Shown here: positions 57,909 through 64,000 of the stretch, piece after piece
Numbering within the stretch: the stretch's first letter is position 1
How the letters are laid out: every line of letters starts with the position of its first letter
Program-made: the position numbers and the translations under genes
Notes under the pieces: model-generated
The model's input: the letters and a program-made list of their open reading frames with translations, nothing else
What the model was told of the DNA's origin: nothing
Database searches by the model: none
Assembly: GCA_002269645.1 (NCBI GenBank)
Contig: NIVC01000527.1
Coordinates: 186,001-250,000 of the forward strand
DNA length: 64,000 bases
Reading direction: 5' to 3'
Source: Macrostomum lignano
Lineage: Eukaryota

Positions 57909-60900
57909 TCACTGCGAAATGGTGACAACTTCGCGCCCGGAGCCCCGGACCAGCAGTACCCGCTCCAGGCCCTCGGTCAGGGCTTCCAGGTACTCCATGT
58001 AGTGAAAGTCGCGCGTCGGATCCGGCACCGCGTTGGGCCCCGGCATGTTGAGCACAACTAGAGAAGCGCCTGCCGATTTCTTCTTGAGAACCTCGTTCAG
58101 CTGCACGGCGCTGTGCATGCGGCGGAGAATCTGCGTGTCCCTGAGGAATATTCGATGGAAATGTTCAACGCTTCTTGCTGGTGATTGATTGGTTTTGTTG
58201 CAAACCCATGTTGTTGATCGCTGCTTTTTAAAGAAAAAGTCCGGTGCAGAGAGTACTGTACACACGCTCATAGAGGGTGTACAACGGCCCTGACTTTCTA
58301 ATCGTCAGGCGTGTACATTCAGCCTTAGGGTTTGGCCCTCATAGCTGTGATTAAGTTGACGCAACATTTCCGTTCTTCTTTCGCCCTGAAGCAGAGTGAG
58401 ACGCACCTGTAGAGAGAATTTCTAATCGCCATCAGAGAAACCGCCAGTTCAATTTTCGGACGAAATTTGCCATCCATTTTTTATAAGCAGTGATTTTTCC
58501 AGTGATTTCAGGAATGGAGCCCCATAAAGTAAAACTTCTAGCTAAATCAACAGAATGCTTAATCTTCTATGGCATGCGATGCCGAATAAAAATGCTAAGT
58601 AGCCTACTGTTCTTGCGAAACAAGTTAGTAGAAACATCAGCAAATTGTTGTAGATAAATGCTCAAATAATTTTAAGTAAGTTACAATAGAAATGCGTATT
58701 TAAAAAGCAACAAAGATGTGCTGAACTTTGAAAAAATATGTATAAGCATGTACTCTTTCCTTTCTTTACCCAGAAAGAGTAGCTTAGTCTAATTTCTTTC
58801 CCCCAATTTCATGGGGAAAAGCGAACGATTGACCATTCGAAGGATTTTGTATGCTCTCGACAACACATAGCACCAAATGGAAAGGGATATACCGGCATCC
58901 AGGTTGTTTCTAATAAAATCAGGTGATAGCGACCTTCTACTTTAATTAGTAGTACAGACCATGCAGCCTCAACTATGGAGTCTATAATTTTCGATAAACA
59001 AGCCTCCAAAATGCAATCTGCAAATCGAAATTTGACTGTCAATTCCAGTTGGTTTGGTTCCGGAGTTTCACCTAAGGTTCATTTCCAGACACCTGGAGTT
59101 GACTATCGATCCAAAAGCAGTGTTGCTGAGTAAGGCCCTCGTGGACTTTTGTTGTACTAACAGAACAGAACGGTTAAGGACTTAATCTCTGGAATAAAAG
59201 AGCGATGTGATACCGCTCTACCGTGGTCCCCCTAAACAGAGCATATAAAAAATACGTCAGCTAAGATCAATCTTTCCTAAGCGTAAGACGTGATGAATTT
59301 TCGGCTTATTAACTAAATTTGGTACAGATTAACTAGAGCAAGTACAAAATTGTACAATCTTCAGTGTATAATAGTAATATTACACCCTTATTTGTTTAAG
59401 CCTATAGATCCAAACAAAATGAATGTGAGATGACCCGATTCACCCTTATACTCACACTAATTGGATCTATTTTCCACCAGAATCGGAAGAGATAGTGATA
59501 GTGATTTACAACTATGGATAGTGATAGATTAGCTTTTAATTAAGTCTACCTACGAGCTAACTGGCGTTCCTTCTAACCACATGCGTCACGCGAAGTCTCT
59601 CTATCCGGCCCTCAGGCCCTCTGAAACTTCACAACAGCTCAAAAGGTCTCTCTTCTCAGCTTTCTCTTCTCAGATTTCTCTTCTCACTTCTCATCTCTCT
59701 TTCCCGTTCACTCTTCTCTATTCCCTCATCTGTACTCTCTCACGTTACCCGCAGCCATGAGCTGGATTCTTTATCTGGCCCTGTGAGTTAAAAACAGTTT
59801 ACCGACACCTACAATTGGAGAACGTCCTTTCCGCACACTTCTGAATCTCTCTTATCTAGAAGAGTCCTTCTACAACTTTATCTAGAAGAGACGAGCGACA
59901 CCTTTTTGCAAACTTTAATGTCACGAACAACAAATCGATTAGTTTTGTTAATTAGATGGACAGCCTAACGAGCACCGGGTAACGGGGCGGCACAGGAAAA
60001 TGCTCACTCAGCCGGCCAGCCAAGCATGCAGCCCCCCGCATCCCAGGTCAGGCTTGGCCGGGCAGGAGTAAAAAAAGGGCTGCACTCGCCGCGCAGCGAT
60101 GGGAACTGATTGCGGCCCAGGGGATGGGCACGACCGGGAGCAAATGGGATTTTATGAGAAATGCGATCGTTGGATAGGAAATTACATGCTTCGCCTGGAC
60201 AGGTTCAGAGAGGGACGGTTGGGTAACGCCAGCATTTGGGAATTCAAACTCGCCACGTCCGGTGTTGCGTATGATCATGGATTGGGATCTGGAGCTGGGA
60301 TTGGGATCTGGGATTGGGATCTGGGATTGGGATCTGGGATTGGGATCTGGGATTGGGATCTGGGATTGGGATCTGGGATTGGGATCTGGGATTGGGATCT
60401 GGGATTGGGATCTGGGATTGGGATCTGGGATTGGGATCTGGGATTGGGATCTGGGATTGGGATCTGGGATTGGGATCTGGGATTGGGATCTGGGATTGGG
60501 ATCTGGGATTGGGATCTGGGATTGGGATCTGGGATTGGGATCTGGGATTGGGATCTGGGATTGGGATCTGGGATTGGGATCTGGGATTGGGATCTGGGAT
60601 TGGGATCTGGGATTGGGATCTGGGATTGGGATCTGGGATTGGGATCTGTAATAGTTCAAATCATGATTTAACAGAACTGGCCGAAGGGGAAAAGCTCAGA
60701 GCCCCCACACGGGCGGTGCGACTATATTTATTCATAATACTTGATCGCTGCCGATATTAAGCATTGAGCAATAAACATGGAATATAAATGCGATCAGAGT
60801 CTGTACGCTGAGCCACGCGCGGGAACCGCCCCCGTTCCATGGAAGAACGGGGGCGGTCGCCAACTAGTTAAATTTATTACACAATATCTGGGAATCTGGG

Positions 60901-62371
60901 ATTGGGATCTAGGATTGGGATCTGAGGCCTATTGTGTTCCCAAAAGCGCAAGCGCTCACCTATATTACAAATTTAGGTAAAAACCCACTCCCCCCAGTCT
61001 GTTTAGAGACTTATTCCCATTCAATACTCCCCTGCAAAGAAGAATGTTCCCTCTCGTCTAGCTACACCAAAGGCTTCATGCCTTTGCCCTCATAGACACA
61101 GTCTTCTTCTTTCGCTTTTCTTCCTGTTCTGTCACTTGCTACTCTTATTTTTACCTCGCCTGACCTAGCCGTCCAGCCACTTTCCCAGCTGTCATGTGTG
61201 GGCGCCGTCATCTACGCGATTCGCCGGAGGGGCGAGGGCGAGGGCAGAAGGAAATTCGCCACCTCGGGCTCTGGGAAGGCAGCTAGTGGGGGATCTGAAC
61301 TTTCGCGTTGGGGCGCGTGCGCGCAAGTCCCATTTTCTAGGGGGAAGGGTGGTTGGATGAGCTTTGAGCATCCATAGCTCCGCCACCTAGTTCTTATTTT
61401 TCCCAACCGAGTGGCCTCTCCGCAATCCTCGAGCAGAAAAAAAGACGCCCTTGAACCTAGTTCCACTCACTCGGCTGGTTGTCGTCAAAAACTGGAGGGC
61501 AGCTTGTAGAAGGGGAGAGGAAGACTTTTAGTCCTGTCGGCCTGAAAAATCCCAACTCATGATAGAAATTAGTAACGCACAAGAACGACCGGCCCTGAAA
61601 ATAGGTCAGATGTACGCCTATACTCTGTTTTAGACCATGGTGTTGCTTAAACTGGCGAGATATTACTAAGCCCAAATAAGCGACTCTCTATCTGGTTAGC
61701 CTCCCCTCGGACACGCGAGCTCGGTGCTCACCTCTTTGTTTCTACCTGTCACCTGCCAATATTCAACACTCACAGAGCTGGTTCCTGGCGGGCAGCGTTC
61801 GCACTGAAGGTGTACTGATTCTCCATCTCGGCACTCAGGTCGCCGTTCGTGTGTCCTGATGTGGCGGTCGTGCCGCCAGCCGCCGTCTCGGCTGCCGTCT
61901 TCATGTCGCGAAGATTGTCAACGAACACCTGCGGATCCGCCAGTCCCTGCGAATCGGTCTGGGACAGCACCTCGCAACGGTTCGTCATGCTCAGAGTTCG
62001 ATTGGCGGTGTAGGCGCTCATAATGGCGGTCTGCAGTTCCACCACCTCGACGTCCGCCTCCATGCGCAGCTGGCTGATGTACGAGCACATGAAGGTGCGC
62101 ATTTCCACGGAGTTGTCGCTAGTCTGGGCCACGGTGAACACACGGAGGCGACACTTGCTCCAGAACTTGTTGCGTTTCAGTAAGTGAGCCAGTAGAAGTA
62201 GCAGTCCTCCGTCGTGAACAATCCACCACAGATCGATGGTACCGGTCTGCTTCTGGTCCGGGAACTTCGTCGGGAAGTTGTCGACGTTCTTGGGCACGAG
62301 GACGGCTTTGCCGCAGACGGCGCTAACCCGGATAACAGCCATGAACTTGTCGTAAGCTTCGGCATGGTGCC
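57909..62371 (-). CDS. SLC12 K-Cl cotransporter (KCC), 3' portion; upstream exons lie beyond the window end
   Basis: Exon 62371-61774 ([43 protein letters not shown]) and terminal exon 58140-57909 ([49 protein letters not shown]). Probable extra exons 61541-61471, 61336-61216 and 59092-59072. Confidence 0.9.
59590..59811 (-). mobile_element. hAT/Charlie-type MITE, copy 2 (inverted)
   Basis: Reverse complement matches 56940-57160 (gtcggtaaact..agggccaga..aatcc..agctcatggctgcggg..GA-rich core). Confidence 0.65.
60285..60650. repeat. Perfect 13-bp repeat (GGGATTGGGATCT)n
   Basis: About 28 near-invariant copies; short satellites at about 60890 and 62826. Confidence 0.95.
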
Positions 62372-63456
62372 CTACGGAAGGGTCGGCAAGGAATGACCTC
62401 GTATTAGGGAGATGTAGACCTGGTCACAGCTCATACCTCAACATTTTGCTCAGGTGCGCTGTCTGGCTTGCATTCCTTTCACAATCAGTTTAACACAGTC
62501 ACACTTAGACACATACTGAGACACAAAGACCGCATTTGCGGAGGTGATATTGAGAATTTAGAAAATTTTTAATGTATGCGTAGCGAGAAAATTTTTTTTG
62601 GTTCCGAAAAAATAGAATTGCACCAAAAATATAGGATGAACTATGGGCTTCCCATGAATTTTTAAGTAGTTGCAAGGGTGAGTTCTATACATATCGGTTC
62701 GCTGCGATAATTCAGTAGATTCACGAAAGTCAGAGTTATTGTTAAAATCAGATTAAATCCGAAGCCTATTCCTAGCAGTTAGAGAACACTCCGTCAATCG
62801 TTTAATGTCGCTCAATTTACTCAGAGATTGGGATCTGGGAAACTACAAACCCTGCCTCAAGCTCACAGAAATTCATAAGCAGCGCTAAAAATATTGGCTA
62901 AGCAAAAACCGACCTCGTCACCTGTGAATAAGATTTTTAGTAGGGGTTATTCGTGGACAGTTGACGGTTGATACGTTTTAAATCACGTTTTAAGTCGACG
63001 GGAGCCTGCATGGCAGCTGACTGGAGCAGAGCGGAATGGAATCTGACACCAATCCACGCTTGGGACTGCGGGTTGGGCGGCACAGCTGCGAGGGACGCAG
63101 AGATAGGAAATTGGATTCGGAATGCTCGTGGGAGCATGGTGATTAGGCAGGCGGAGATCTCCTCAAACGAAAGAGAGAGAGAGGAGAGGTAGAGAGAGAG
63201 GGAGAGAGAAAGTGCTTGTACTACAAGACAGGGTATTTTCTTCTCCAACGTCGGGCAAAATTGAATTTCTTCTTACGGCGGCGAGGAAGAACCGGATGGG
63301 AGAGGTTTTGGAAATTCGACTGACCGTGCGAGATAAGTTTCTCTACTGAATCTCAGCTGTTGGCTTGGCATAATTTCGCAAAGCCAACCAGCTTATCATT
63401 TACGACAGGGTGGTCATCAGAGCCAGCAATGAAAACATAGGAAACGTCAGTGCGGG

Positions 63457-64000
63457 AGACAGAATGCGTCAGTACGGAGGACAGAATGCGTCAGTACGGA
63501 GGACAGAATGCGTCAGTACGGAGGACAGAATGCGTCAGTACGGAGGACAGAATGCGTCAGTACGGAGGACAGAATGCGTCAGCACGGAGGACAGATTGCG
63601 TCAGCACGGAGGACAGAATGCGTCAGTACGGAGGACAGAATGCGTCAGTACGGAGGACAGAATGCGTCAGTACGGAGGACAGAATGCGTCAGTACGGAGG
63701 ACAGAATGCATCAGCACGGAGGACAGAATGCGTCAGCACGGAGGACAGAATGCGTCAACACGGAGGACAGAATGCGTCAGTACGGAGGACAGAATGCGTC
63801 AGTACGGAGGACAGAATGCGTCAGTACGGAGGACAGAATGCGTCAGTACGGAGGACAGAATGCGTCAGCACGGAGGACAGATTGCGTCAGCACGGAGGAC
63901 AGATTGCGTCAGCACGGAGGACAGAATGCGTCAGTACGGAGGACAGAATGCGTCAGTACGGAGGACAGAATGCGTCAGTACGGAGGACAGAATGCGTCAG
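63457..64000. repeat. 22-bp minisatellite (GACAGAATGCGTCAGTACGGAG), runs off the window end
   Basis: Direct inspection. Confidence 0.95.

Noticed and set aside
58300-58406. Possible extra KCC exon ([19 protein letters not shown])
   Set aside because: It has a good acceptor, but the only long open frame is phase 0, incompatible with the phase-2 neighbours, and no convincing donor precedes the stop.
60048-60760. [13 protein letters not shown] / [13 protein letters not shown] repeat ORFs
   Set aside because: Translation of a 13-bp repeat in a KCC intron, open in all frames.

Overview
Eukaryotic (metazoan) genomic DNA. GC-rich spliceosomal exons alternate with AT-rich spacers, and most long introns carry their own mini- or microsatellite. 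This architecture and the gene set suggest a flatworm such as Macrostomum lignano (inference, not verified). Reading GT-AG junctions and checking phase by hand gives nine genes: (1) a 5'-truncated spectrin-repeat plus six I-set Ig muscle-scaffold-like gene ending in a Gly/Ser/Phe-rich tail (+, 746-15561); (2,3) two convergent Ly6/uPAR three-finger GPI-protein paralogues (18309-18802 +, 20476-20992 -); (4) a divergent atypical PKC (-, 22271-26645); (5) TMEM144 (+, 27559-32385); (6) a PLPP6/PLPP7-type PAP2 phosphatase (-); (7) an N-formylglutamate-amidohydrolase-like Zn-hydrolase of mostly bacterial type (-); (8) MCU (-, 42814-45299); (9) the 3' part of an SLC12/KCC cotransporter (-, 57909-62371). 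Mobile DNA: a hAT element with 14-bp TIRs and a perfect 8-bp TSD, a tRNA-derived SINE, two MITE families with two copies each, a long-TIR foldback element carrying the start of a THAP domain, and two decayed RNase H retroelement fragments. Most long ORFs in the supplied track are translations of tandem repeats. Several real or likely exons are missing from that track.
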